From an uncultured Nitrospiraceae bacterium (GTDB lineage Bacteria > Nitrospirota > Thermodesulfovibrionia > Thermodesulfovibrionales > UBA6898): a stretch of 24,000 bases of DNA. The stretch covers positions 238,572 to 262,571 of the forward strand of contig CAYFQB010000053.1 of NCBI GenBank assembly GCA_964345225.1. The letters are read 5' to 3'. The position numbers and the translations under genes are program-made. This document shows, piece after piece, positions 1 through 7,354 of this stretch. Position 1 is the first letter of the stretch. Each line of letters starts with the position of its first letter. The notes beneath the pieces are model-generated. The model did not search any database. It saw nothing but the letters and a program-made list of their open reading frames with translations, and was not told where the DNA came from.

Positions 1-58
1 TCCAGGAAGAAATTGACAAGGAATGGGAAAAACTGCAGAAAGAAGCAAAATGCGGTTG
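1..58 (+). CDS. 3' end of a CDS entering from the left edge, product unknown
   Basis: The frame starting at base 2 is open from the edge and reads QEEIDKEWEKLQKEAKCG, followed by TGA at 56-58. It is charged and coding-like but too short to classify. Confidence 0.3.
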
Positions 59-93
59 ATAAAGATAATAAAATGTGATATTTTCAAATTGCA

Positions 94-588
94 ATGAGTG
101 GTTCTGATCTAGTTATGTATGAAGAGGAGTTCCAAAAAATTAACGAGGAACTCCAGAGACTTTATCAACAGACAAATGCTAAAGTAGTCTTCCTTGTGGA
201 CAAGAATGGCCAGCTGATTGCATCAGCCGGTGAAACACGTGACCTGGATACAACCTCGCTTGCATCTCTGACTGCAGGCAATATAGCAGCTACAGGTGGA
301 ATAGCACGACTGCTCGGTGAAAAAGAGTTTTCAATTCTCTTTCATGAGGGTGAAAAAGACAACATACATATCTCACTTATTGGAAAGAGAGTTATTCTTG
401 TAGTTATTTTCGACAACAAATCTTCACTTGGACTTGTCCGCTTAAGGGTTAAGAAGGCTTCAGAATCTTTTGTCAGTATGTTTAATGAAATAATCGCCAA
501 GGCAGAACAAGAAAAGGTTGAGGGCAAATTTGATGAATCACCATTTGCAGAAATCAGTGATGATGATATAGACAATCTATTCAGGTAG
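94..588 (+). CDS. mglB: Roadblock/LC7-domain protein, MglB-like GTPase-activating partner of MglA
   Basis: 164-aa ORF with Roadblock/LC7-like core (VVFLVDKNGQLIASAGE...LASLTAGNIAATGG...ILVVIFD) and an acidic tail. It lies 12 nt upstream of mglA, the classical mglB-mglA order. Confidence 0.8.
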   Translation: MSGSDLVMYEEEFQKINEELQRLYQQTNAKVVFLVDKNGQLIASAGETRDLDTTSLASLTAGNIAATGGIARLLGEKEFSILFHEGEKDNIHISLIGKRVILVVIFDNKSSLGLVRLRVKKASESFVSMFNEIIAKAEQEKVEGKFDESPFAEISDDDIDNLFR

Positions 589-600
589 GTACCCTATTAA

Positions 601-1188
601 GTGTCTTTTATAAACTATTCCTCACGTGAAATTAACTGCAAAATTGTTTACTATGGGCCAGGGCTCTGTGGGAAAACAACAAACCTTCAATACATATATA
701 AAAGAACAAATCCGGTACAGAAAGGAAAGCTAATTTCTCTTGCAACCGAAACTGAGAGAACACTTTTTTTCGATTTCCTTCCACTTGCCCTAGGTGATAT
801 CAAAGGCTTCAAGATACGTTTTCATCTCTATACAGTCCCGGGGCAAGTCTTCTATGCCGCCAGCAGAAAACTTATCCTGAAAGGTGTCGATGGTGTTGTA
901 TTTGTTGCCGACAGCCAGATAGAGAGAATGGAAGCAAACGTGGAAAGCCTTGATGACCTTAGAATCAACCTCGCCGAACAGGGCTACGAACTGGAGAAAC
1001 TGCCTTTTACGATACAATACAACAAAAGAGACCTGCCGAATATAGCACCGATTGATAATATGAATAAATTATTAAACCACCGGAGTGTGCCCTGGTTCGA
1101 GGCTGTTGCTCCTTCAGGTTCTGGAGTTTTTGAAACATTAAAAAGTGTTGCAAAGCAGGTCTTAACCGAACTGAAAAAACATTATTAG
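601..1188 (+). CDS. mglA: Ras-like small GTPase MglA (motility/polarity regulator)
   Basis: 195-aa ORF with GTG start. The N-terminus MSFINYSSREINCKIVYYGPGLCGKTTNLQYIY and the blocks FHLYTVPGQVFY and VFVADSQIERMEAN...QYNKRDLP match MglA of Myxococcus as I recall it. The P-loop GPGLCGKT is present. Confidence 0.95.
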   Translation: MSFINYSSREINCKIVYYGPGLCGKTTNLQYIYKRTNPVQKGKLISLATETERTLFFDFLPLALGDIKGFKIRFHLYTVPGQVFYAASRKLILKGVDGVVFVADSQIERMEANVESLDDLRINLAEQGYELEKLPFTIQYNKRDLPNIAPIDNMNKLLNHRSVPWFEAVAPSGSGVFETLKSVAKQVLTELKKHY

Positions 1189-1207
1189 TTTTCAAAAAAC
1201 AAATTTT

Positions 1208-1242
1208 ACCCTGTTAAAAAGGCTAAGGTCTTCTAACAGGGT
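1208..1242. repeat. REP-like palindromic hairpin, copy 1 (accctgtta...taacagggt)
   Basis: 9-bp perfect inverted repeat accctgtta / taacagggt with partly pairing extensions. Flanks tttacc... and ...ggtttactt are shared with the copies at 6921-6957 and 19825-19863. It lies 20 nt after the mglA stop. Confidence 0.6.
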
Positions 1243-1366
1243 TTACTTAAGATCATTATTCCCCCTTTCTCAACAACCAAACCCTTTTCTTTTATCCATG
1301 AAATAAAAGAAGCATAAAAGGTAAAATATTAATATTACAGTTCAGAGTACGTTTTAAAAAAACAGT

Positions 1367-1483
1367 AAACCCCGTTAAAAAGTAGTTGCGTGTCGGTGGC
1401 TTTAGACACAGACTGCAACCTGCCTGCCGGCAGGCATTTTTTTAAATTCCGATTTCATCGAAGGCTTTTTTTTACGGGGTAAA
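1367..1483. repeat. Expanded REP-like element: outer arms aaaccccgttaaaaag / cttttttttacggggtaaa enclosing about 85 nt of internal hairpins
   Basis: The outer arms are near-complementary and use the same CCCCGTTA / TAACGGGG-type word as the other copies. Inside are the hairpin gttgc-gtgtc...gacac-(agact)-gcaac (1385-1419) and a terminator-like hairpin (1421-1443). Confidence 0.5.
1421..1443 (+). terminator. Rho-independent terminator-like hairpin
   Basis: tgcctg ccgg caggca (6-bp GC-rich stem, 4-nt loop) followed directly by ttttttt. There is no U-run on the opposite strand. Confidence 0.6.
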
Positions 1484-1530
1484 TAATCTAAAATATTAAT
1501 AGTTCCATCATAATATAAGGGAAAATCTCT

Positions 1531-1698
1531 ATGAAGTGTAAGATCTGCGGAGGAGAGTTAAATCTGCTGCTTGGTTGACGGACAGTCAATCTATGCTGCC
1601 TGGACTGCAGCAAAAGATTCCAGCTGTATGAATATATTGACGAGATCGATGAAAAGATTTGGCAACTGATATCCAACCGTTCCTGTGATAGGGCATAA
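1531..1698 (+). CDS. Small CxxC...CxxC zinc-ribbon ORF interrupted by an in-frame TGA (possible recoding/selenocysteine, or a pseudogene)
   Basis: ATG at 1531 is preceded by aaggga 8 nt upstream. The reading is MKCKICGGELNLLLG-TGA(1576-1578)-RTVNLCCLDCSKRFQLYEYIDEIDEKIWQLISNRSCDRA-TAA(1696-1698). Both halves are in the same frame, there is no canonical start after the TGA, and the ORF ends 2 nt before the next gene's ATG. Confidence 0.35.
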
Positions 1699-1700
1699 AT

Positions 1701-2324
1701 ATGAACCTACCCATATACAGTATAAACACTAAACTTCTTATCCCGCACATTGAAAAAATCAGAAGACTGTACTCTGAAATGGACAAAGCATACAATGAAG
1801 CTGTTTCTTACTATGGATTTGAATGTTCGGGATGCAATGAGAACTGTTGTGAAGAGAGGTTTTACCATTACACTCTTATAGAGAATATTTATCTCATTGA
1901 AGGGTTTAAAACACTTGATGTAGAAACCAGAAAAGATTTAGTGGTAACGTCTGAAGAAGTCATTCATATATATGGTCTGCATGATCTAAAGGCTATTGTA
2001 AGAAGGGTAATGTGTCCGTTGAATTTAAACGGCCTCTGCATACTCTATGAATACAGACCAATGATATGCCGACTCCACGGGATTCCTCACGTTATAAAAA
2101 GACCGGGTCAACCGGAGCAAAGTGGTCCAGGTTGTCATAAGTTTAACGAGGATATTATGCCTAAAAACCTGCCATATTTAGACTTTGACCGTACCATTTT
2201 CTACTCGAAGATGGCAGCAATTGAGATTGAAGTCAGAAGGGTCTTGGATTTTAAAGGCCGCTACAGGAAGACTGTTGCCGGGATGATAATAGATCTAGCT
2301 GACAGCATCACAAATTCTACATAA
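1701..2324 (+). CDS. YkgJ-family cysteine-cluster protein (putative Zn/Fe-chelating CxxCxxCC-type domain)
   Basis: 207-aa ORF with ECSGCNENCC near the N-terminus and downstream MCPLNLNGLCILYEYRPMICRLHG, which is typical of the YkgJ/UPF0153 family. Confidence 0.75.
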   Translation: MNLPIYSINTKLLIPHIEKIRRLYSEMDKAYNEAVSYYGFECSGCNENCCEERFYHYTLIENIYLIEGFKTLDVETRKDLVVTSEEVIHIYGLHDLKAIVRRVMCPLNLNGLCILYEYRPMICRLHGIPHVIKRPGQPEQSGPGCHKFNEDIMPKNLPYLDFDRTIFYSKMAAIEIEVRRVLDFKGRYRKTVAGMIIDLADSITNST

Positions 2325-2340
2325 ATTGGTTTCATCTCGA

Positions 2341-2582
2341 CCCGCTCCTTTTTTGAGTCATCAGTCATTAGTCATTGGTCAATAAAAAAGTAGGCAGTTA
2401 GGAGTAAGGAGTAAATAACAAAAAGTAAGAAGTAGGCAGTAAGCAGTAAGCAGAATGAAGAATGAAGATTTAATATCTAATTTTCAATCTTCAATTTTCA
2501 ATCTTCAATTTTCTTTGCGCCGAGCGCCATGCGCCATGCGATGAGTAAACGGGCATCGTAACCATAACCGTATGATGTAACC
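2341..2582 (+). repeat. Mosaic short-tandem-repeat intergenic element, locus A
   Basis: Tandem units: gtcatYR x3.5 (2357-2381); gtaNNNa heptamers (2390-2417 and 2425-2452); aatgaag x2 (2454-2467); ttttcaatcttcaa x2.4 (2481-2513); gcgccat x2 (2524-2540). These are followed by gagtaaacgggcatcgtaaccataaccgtatgatgtaacc. The core 2446-2582 is repeated in inverted orientation at 9211-9347. Confidence 0.9.
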
Positions 2583-2725
2583 TCCAGACAAAAACGGCTT
2601 AGATAAATTGTTTTCTGATAACTAATCTAGAAAAGAATTAACATTTTAAATTAATATAAAATAGATAAAAATATTTTAGGTATATTATTATAATCATTTA
2701 TAAAAACTGATAAGAGGGGGATACC

Positions 2726-3433
2726 ATGAGCATTAGAGAAAATATATATCAGGTCATAGATTTGCTTACACCATCAAACATACTTGTGAGTGTTTTTGAC
2801 AAGAGCGGTCTTGAGGAACTGGTGAAAGGGATATTAGAGTCTAATGACGAAGCGAAATTTTACTCTACGGGCGGAACTGGAAAAAAGATTATTGAGATAT
2901 TGGGTATAAATGCCTCTAAAAATTACATATCTGTGGAGGATTTTACTGGAGCACCTGAAATGGAAGGTGGCCTTGTAAAAACACTCCATCCAAAGATACA
3001 TGCCGGACTGCTTGCAGAAAGAGGTAATCCTGCCCATGAGGAATACCTGTATAAAACACTTGCACAGATGGGCGGAAGTCCCGGAGTCTATTTCGACGTT
3101 TTTGTTGGGAATTTATATCCATTCACTTCAGTCATTTCAAAGGGAGATGCAACGCCTGAAACTGCAAGAATCAATATTGATATAGGCGGGCCTGCAATGA
3201 CAATGGCATCTGCAAAAAACTGGCATAGTATTGCTGTCCTGACCTCATCTTCCCAGTATACAGAATTTGTACAGTCTCTTAAAAACAATGACGGTAAAAT
3301 CAGTCTTGAATTGAGGTTCAACCTTACTAAGCAGGCGATGAAAGCGATCGGAGAATACAGGACAGCTATAGGCAGTTATTTTTCAGCACTTGATTTTCAG
3401 AAAGATGTTAAACCTCTTCTTGATATTAAGTAG
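2726..3433 (+). CDS. Stand-alone IMP cyclohydrolase-like protein (PurH N-terminal MGS-like domain only)
   Basis: 235-aa ORF with RBS aagaggggg. PurH N-domain blocks are present: SVFDKSGL, STGGTGKKI, FTGAPEMEGGLVKTLHPKIHAGLL, GNLYPF, NIDIGGPAMTMASAKNW. No AICAR formyltransferase domain follows. Confidence 0.75.
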   Translation: MSIRENIYQVIDLLTPSNILVSVFDKSGLEELVKGILESNDEAKFYSTGGTGKKIIEILGINASKNYISVEDFTGAPEMEGGLVKTLHPKIHAGLLAERGNPAHEEYLYKTLAQMGGSPGVYFDVFVGNLYPFTSVISKGDATPETARINIDIGGPAMTMASAKNWHSIAVLTSSSQYTEFVQSLKNNDGKISLELRFNLTKQAMKAIGEYRTAIGSYFSALDFQKDVKPLLDIK

Positions 3434-3504
3434 TTCAGGAGAAAATTTTTTACATAGTGGCCACATGACATGATTTTAACTTTGCTAACAGTATTTGCCG
3501 CTTT

Positions 3505-4011
3505 TTGGAGGTGATTGGCATTTCCTCTATACTTATAGACGGCTATAATCTTATAGGTATTTATCATGACAATCTCAGCAGACAGAGGGAGAATATTATT
3601 AATTTTCTTATAAAATACAAGAAAATTAAAGGTCATGATATTACAATTGTATTTGACGGATGGAAAACAGGCAGCCATAAGGAAGAATATTTCGCCATTG
3701 GCGGTATTAATGTTATATATTCGAGGCTCGGAGAAAAAGCTGATACCATTATAAAAAGGATTATAAGTAGAGAAAAAAGAGAATTTATTGTGATAAGCTC
3801 TGACAGAGACATTATGGCATATTCCTGGTCATGTGGTTCTGTCCCGGTTTCGTCGAATAAATTCCTGTCAATTATTGAAAATGCAGGAAAATCTCTCTCT
3901 GGTAAGTATGAACTCTTAGAGGGGGATGACCATGTTAAACATAAAAAGGGTAATCCCAGACATCCCTCCAAAAAAGAAAAAGCTTTAATAAGGGTGCTCA
4001 GAAAATTGTGA
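3505..4011 (+). CDS. NYN-domain / YacP(Rae1)-like predicted ribonuclease
   Basis: 168-aa ORF. LIDGYNLIG...ITIVFDG...VIYS...ADTIIKR...VISSDRD matches the YacP-like NYN pattern. The start is uncertain (TTG 3505 or GTG 3511). Confidence 0.7.
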   Translation: MEVIGISSILIDGYNLIGIYHDNLSRQRENIINFLIKYKKIKGHDITIVFDGWKTGSHKEEYFAIGGINVIYSRLGEKADTIIKRIISREKREFIVISSDRDIMAYSWSCGSVPVSSNKFLSIIENAGKSLSGKYELLEGDDHVKHKKGNPRHPSKKEKALIRVLRKL

Positions 4012-4871
4012 TCAGAAAAGTTATTTTAAATCTCAGGGCTGCTGATGCACTGAATCTTACCTTCCTGCTTTTTTTAATAATTATTACTTTCTTATTTCAT
4101 CAAAAAATCAACGAGCCATCTTTATTATTTTTGTATTCAGGACTGATTTTCATTCAGGTTGTACTTATAAACCTTAAAGATAAAGGAAGTTTTCTCCGTT
4201 TAGTATACGATCTGATATTCCCGATAATATCAATAATTGCCATCTTTGACAGTCTCGAAATACTTGTCCATAATATAAATCCCAGAGACATAGATCCGCT
4301 TCTTATAAAACTTGATTACCTGTTATTTAACTACCATCCAACTGTCATGCTTGAAAAGATTACGACTCCTTTATTAACTGACATAATGCAGCTTGCTTAT
4401 ACAAGTTATTATTTTCTTCCAGTAATACTGGCTATTGCACTTAAGATTGAAAAAGAAGATTCTGCATTTGACCGTTCCCTGTTCCTTATAATGTTCTGCT
4501 TTTATATTTCCTATATTGGATATATGCTAATGCCTGCTCTGGGCCCGAGATACACCATTAATCACCTGCAGAATATAGAACTCGAGGGTCTATTTATTAC
4601 CCTTCCACTACAGGAGTTTTTGAACAGACTTGAAGGTATCAAGAGAGATGCCTTCCCAAGCGGCCATACAGGTGTAGCCCTTACTGTACTGTATCTGTCC
4701 TTTCTATTCAAAAAGAGATACTTTTGGATATTCTTGCCATTTGTGGTCGTGCTTATTTTCTCAGCAGTTTACTGCAGATACCATTATGTGGTAGATGTAT
4801 TAGGAGGGGTTTTACTTGCCTTAATTACAATATCACTTGGAGAGATGTACTATGAATTCAGGAAAAAGTGA
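4008..4871 (+). CDS. PAP2-superfamily integral membrane protein (Aur1/sphingomyelin-synthase-like PAP2_3 type)
   Basis: 287-aa multi-pass hydrophobic ORF with FPSGHTGVA and CRYHYVVDVLGG, the PAP2 C2/C3-like motifs. The GTG start overlaps the upstream stop (GTGA). Confidence 0.65.
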   Translation: MIRKVILNLRAADALNLTFLLFLIIITFLFHQKINEPSLLFLYSGLIFIQVVLINLKDKGSFLRLVYDLIFPIISIIAIFDSLEILVHNINPRDIDPLLIKLDYLLFNYHPTVMLEKITTPLLTDIMQLAYTSYYFLPVILAIALKIEKEDSAFDRSLFLIMFCFYISYIGYMLMPALGPRYTINHLQNIELEGLFITLPLQEFLNRLEGIKRDAFPSGHTGVALTVLYLSFLFKKRYFWIFLPFVVVLIFSAVYCRYHYVVDVLGGVLLALITISLGEMYYEFRKK

Positions 4872-5556
4872 GTCAATATTAATAGTTGAAGACGAAAAAA
4901 AGATTTCCGAGATAATCAGGGCATATCTCGAAAAGGAAAAATACAGGGTAAAGCTTGCCGAGACCGGGCAGCAGGCCCTCAACTATCTCAAAGATCCTTT
5001 CGACCTTATTGTACTGGATCTTATGCTTCCGGATATGGATGGTGAAGAGATTTGCAGGATGATACGTAAAACTTCAGATGTGCCGATAATAATGCTAACC
5101 GCTAAAATAGATGAAGAAGACAGGATTAAGGGTCTCGGTATCGGGGCGGATGACTATGTTGTTAAACCATTCAGTCCCAGAGAGCTTGTGGCAAGGGTAA
5201 AAGCACATCTTAGAAGGGCTGGGAAATCAAAGAAAACAATATTGAGTTTTAACAGAGGTGCTCTGAGGATTAATGTTATTAATTACGAGGTCTTCAGAGA
5301 AAATAAACAGGTATTTCTAACACAAACAGAGTTCAAGATACTGCTCTCTTTTGCTGAAAATCCCGGGAGAGTCTTCTCAAGAGATCAGATAATAAATATA
5401 GTGACGGGATATGATTTCGAAGGGTATGACAGAACAATAGACGCACATGTAAAAAATTTGAGACACAAGATTGAAAAAAAATCAAGAGAGCCCGAATTCA
5501 TTAAAACAGTCTATGGTGTAGGATATAAATTCATAGGTATCCCTGATGAGAACTAA
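4852..5556 (+). CDS. OmpR/PhoB-family response regulator
   Basis: Receiver domain (ILIVEDE...DLIVLDLMLPDMDG...LTAK...DDYVVKPF) plus winged-helix output (LTQTEFKILL...VYGVGYKF). ATG 4852 with ggagag 8 nt upstream is preferred over the track's TTG 4837. The gene overlaps the end of the PAP2 gene. Confidence 0.9.
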   Translation: MNSGKSESILIVEDEKKISEIIRAYLEKEKYRVKLAETGQQALNYLKDPFDLIVLDLMLPDMDGEEICRMIRKTSDVPIIMLTAKIDEEDRIKGLGIGADDYVVKPFSPRELVARVKAHLRRAGKSKKTILSFNRGALRINVINYEVFRENKQVFLTQTEFKILLSFAENPGRVFSRDQIINIVTGYDFEGYDRTIDAHVKNLRHKIEKKSREPEFIKTVYGVGYKFIGIPDEN

Positions 5557-6916
5557 ACTGTTTCTTGCATTCTTTGCTGTAATAATAATTGCACTGATAT
5601 CAAACCTTATATACGAAAACTTTATTGTAAAGGATTTTGAAGATTACGTAAGCGGCACAAAAGAAGATAAGCTCTACTGGATCCTTGCTGCTGTTGAGGT
5701 CAACTATTCAGACGGCAAATGGGACAAAAAGTCACTCCAGGATGTTTCACACTGGGCTATGATGCTCGGTTTCGATATTAAAATATTGAACATCTCTGAT
5801 GAAGAAATATTAGATTCCAAAATAGTTATGAGAAATCTCTCTCCCTTGATGAAACGCCGGATGGAAGCGATTATTGATATTGACTCTGCTACAGGTGAGT
5901 TTGAATCTTACCCCCTTTATGTGGGAGGTAAAAGGATAGGAACAATGCTTGTTCGACATCTTAGCAGGTTTGGGAGCATCGAAGAAAAGGAGTCCATATT
6001 CAAGCAGAGGGGAAGAGATTTTCTTCTTATATCATTCGTTATAGCGGGTGGTGGGGCTTTATTTCTCTCGTTGATTTTCAGCATTTTCCTGTCAAGTCCT
6101 TTGAAAAAAATGAAAAAGGCAGTCGAATCCATGGCAAAAGGTGACTTCAGCATTCGTGTTCCCACCGGATCAAAGGATGAGATTGGAAGACTCGCTGAAA
6201 GTTTTAATTTTATGGCAGAAGCACTGCAGAGAGAAGAGGCCTTGAGGAAACATCTTACCTCTAATATTGCACATGAACTCAGAACACCACTTGCTGTTTT
6301 AAAGGCAAATGTCGAAGCTATAATTGACGGAGTCATCAATAACAATCTGACAGGTCTTCAAAATATAAGAATGGAAATCGAAAAACTGATCAGACTTGTT
6401 GAGGGTATTGAAAATATAACAAAGGCAGAGGCCAGCTTTTTCTCAAGGAGAGAGCATATAGAGATAAATCTTGCAGAATTTCTTAACGGGATTGTGGTAA
6501 AGATGACACCTCTGGCTACCGAAAAAGGCCTTGTGATGAGACTAGTAAGCGATAGAAATATCAATGTTCTAACTGATCCTGATAAACTTGAAACTATAAT
6601 TCAAAACACCCTGTCCAATGCAATTAAGAATACAGAAACAGGCGGGGTCTGGATAGATTTTGGCACTGAAAATCAGATGTTTTTTGTTGAGATCAGTGAC
6701 TCCGGAATAGGCATACCGGAGGATAAATTACATCTCGTGTTTGAAAGATTTTACAGTGGTGACGATTTAAAAGGTATAGGACTGGGGCTTGCGATAGTTA
6801 AAGAGTTAGTAAATGTTATGGGCGGCCGCATTGACCTTAAAAGCAGACTTGGAGAAGGTTCAGTATTCAGGATATGGCTGCCTTTAATTAAAAAAATTAA
6901 AGTTGCCGGTGAATAG
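5546..6916 (+). CDS. Sensor histidine kinase (two TM segments, HAMP, HisKA, HATPase_c)
   Basis: 456-aa ORF with an N-terminal TM segment, a second TM around FLLISFVIAGGGALFLSLIFSIFL, HAMP (PLKKMKKAVESMAKGDFSIRV), H-box NIAHELRTPL and G-boxes DSGIGI / GIGLGLAIV. It overlaps the response-regulator gene by 11 nt. Confidence 0.9.
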   Translation: MRTKLFLAFFAVIIIALISNLIYENFIVKDFEDYVSGTKEDKLYWILAAVEVNYSDGKWDKKSLQDVSHWAMMLGFDIKILNISDEEILDSKIVMRNLSPLMKRRMEAIIDIDSATGEFESYPLYVGGKRIGTMLVRHLSRFGSIEEKESIFKQRGRDFLLISFVIAGGGALFLSLIFSIFLSSPLKKMKKAVESMAKGDFSIRVPTGSKDEIGRLAESFNFMAEALQREEALRKHLTSNIAHELRTPLAVLKANVEAIIDGVINNNLTGLQNIRMEIEKLIRLVEGIENITKAEASFFSRREHIEINLAEFLNGIVVKMTPLATEKGLVMRLVSDRNINVLTDPDKLETIIQNTLSNAIKNTETGGVWIDFGTENQMFFVEISDSGIGIPEDKLHLVFERFYSGDDLKGIGLGLAIVKELVNVMGGRIDLKSRLGEGSVFRIWLPLIKKIKVAGE

Positions 6917-6920
6917 CATG

Positions 6921-6957
6921 CCCCGTTAGAAGGAAATAACAACATTTTCTAACGGGG
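6921..6957. repeat. REP-like palindromic hairpin, copy 3
   Basis: Perfect 11-bp inverted repeat ccccgttagaa / ttctaacgggg with a 15-nt loop, 5 nt after the kinase stop. Its reverse complement aligns with 19825-19863 at roughly 34 of 38 positions by hand. Confidence 0.75.
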
Positions 6958-7033
6958 TAAACCCGTAGAATCGTGAGTTATTCATCAATACAAACTAATT
7001 CAGGGTCAAAGCAGAATAAAATAAGAATTAAAT

Positions 7034-7300
7034 ATGCAGATACCTTTTAAAAAAACCGGGGACGGTGTACAAATAGAAATAAAGGTAGAACCCAGATCCT
7101 CTAAAAAAAGGATTTCAGGTGTTATGGATAATATACTGAAAGTAAAGCTGACTGCACCTCCTGTCGGAAATGCAGCAAACGAGCAGTTGATTGAACTTAT
7201 TTCTAAAGAAACCGGTATAAAAAAATCCAGTATTAGGATTATTAAAGGGCTAACCTCAAAAAGAAAAATAATTGAGATCAAGGGGGTTGACAAGATTTAA
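7034..7300 (+). CDS. yggU: DUF167 / YggU-family protein
   Basis: 88-aa ORF. The pattern ...VQIEIKVEPRSSKKRISGV...LKVKLTAPPVGNAANEQLIELISKETGIKKSSIRIIKGLTSKRK is characteristic of UPF0235/YggU. Confidence 0.8.
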   Translation: MQIPFKKTGDGVQIEIKVEPRSSKKRISGVMDNILKVKLTAPPVGNAANEQLIELISKETGIKKSSIRIIKGLTSKRKIIEIKGVDKI

Positions 7301-7354
7301 CATATTATTTTTTCTTCATATTTTCTTCACTAATGTTTATTAATATGTTAACAA

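Noticed and set aside
2726-3433. The PurH-like gene as a truncated pseudogene
   Set aside because: The ORF has a good RBS and intact domain motifs, and it ends in a clean stop. I saw no AICARFT-like coding remnant in any frame downstream, where the NYN gene follows. It therefore looks like a genuine stand-alone domain.
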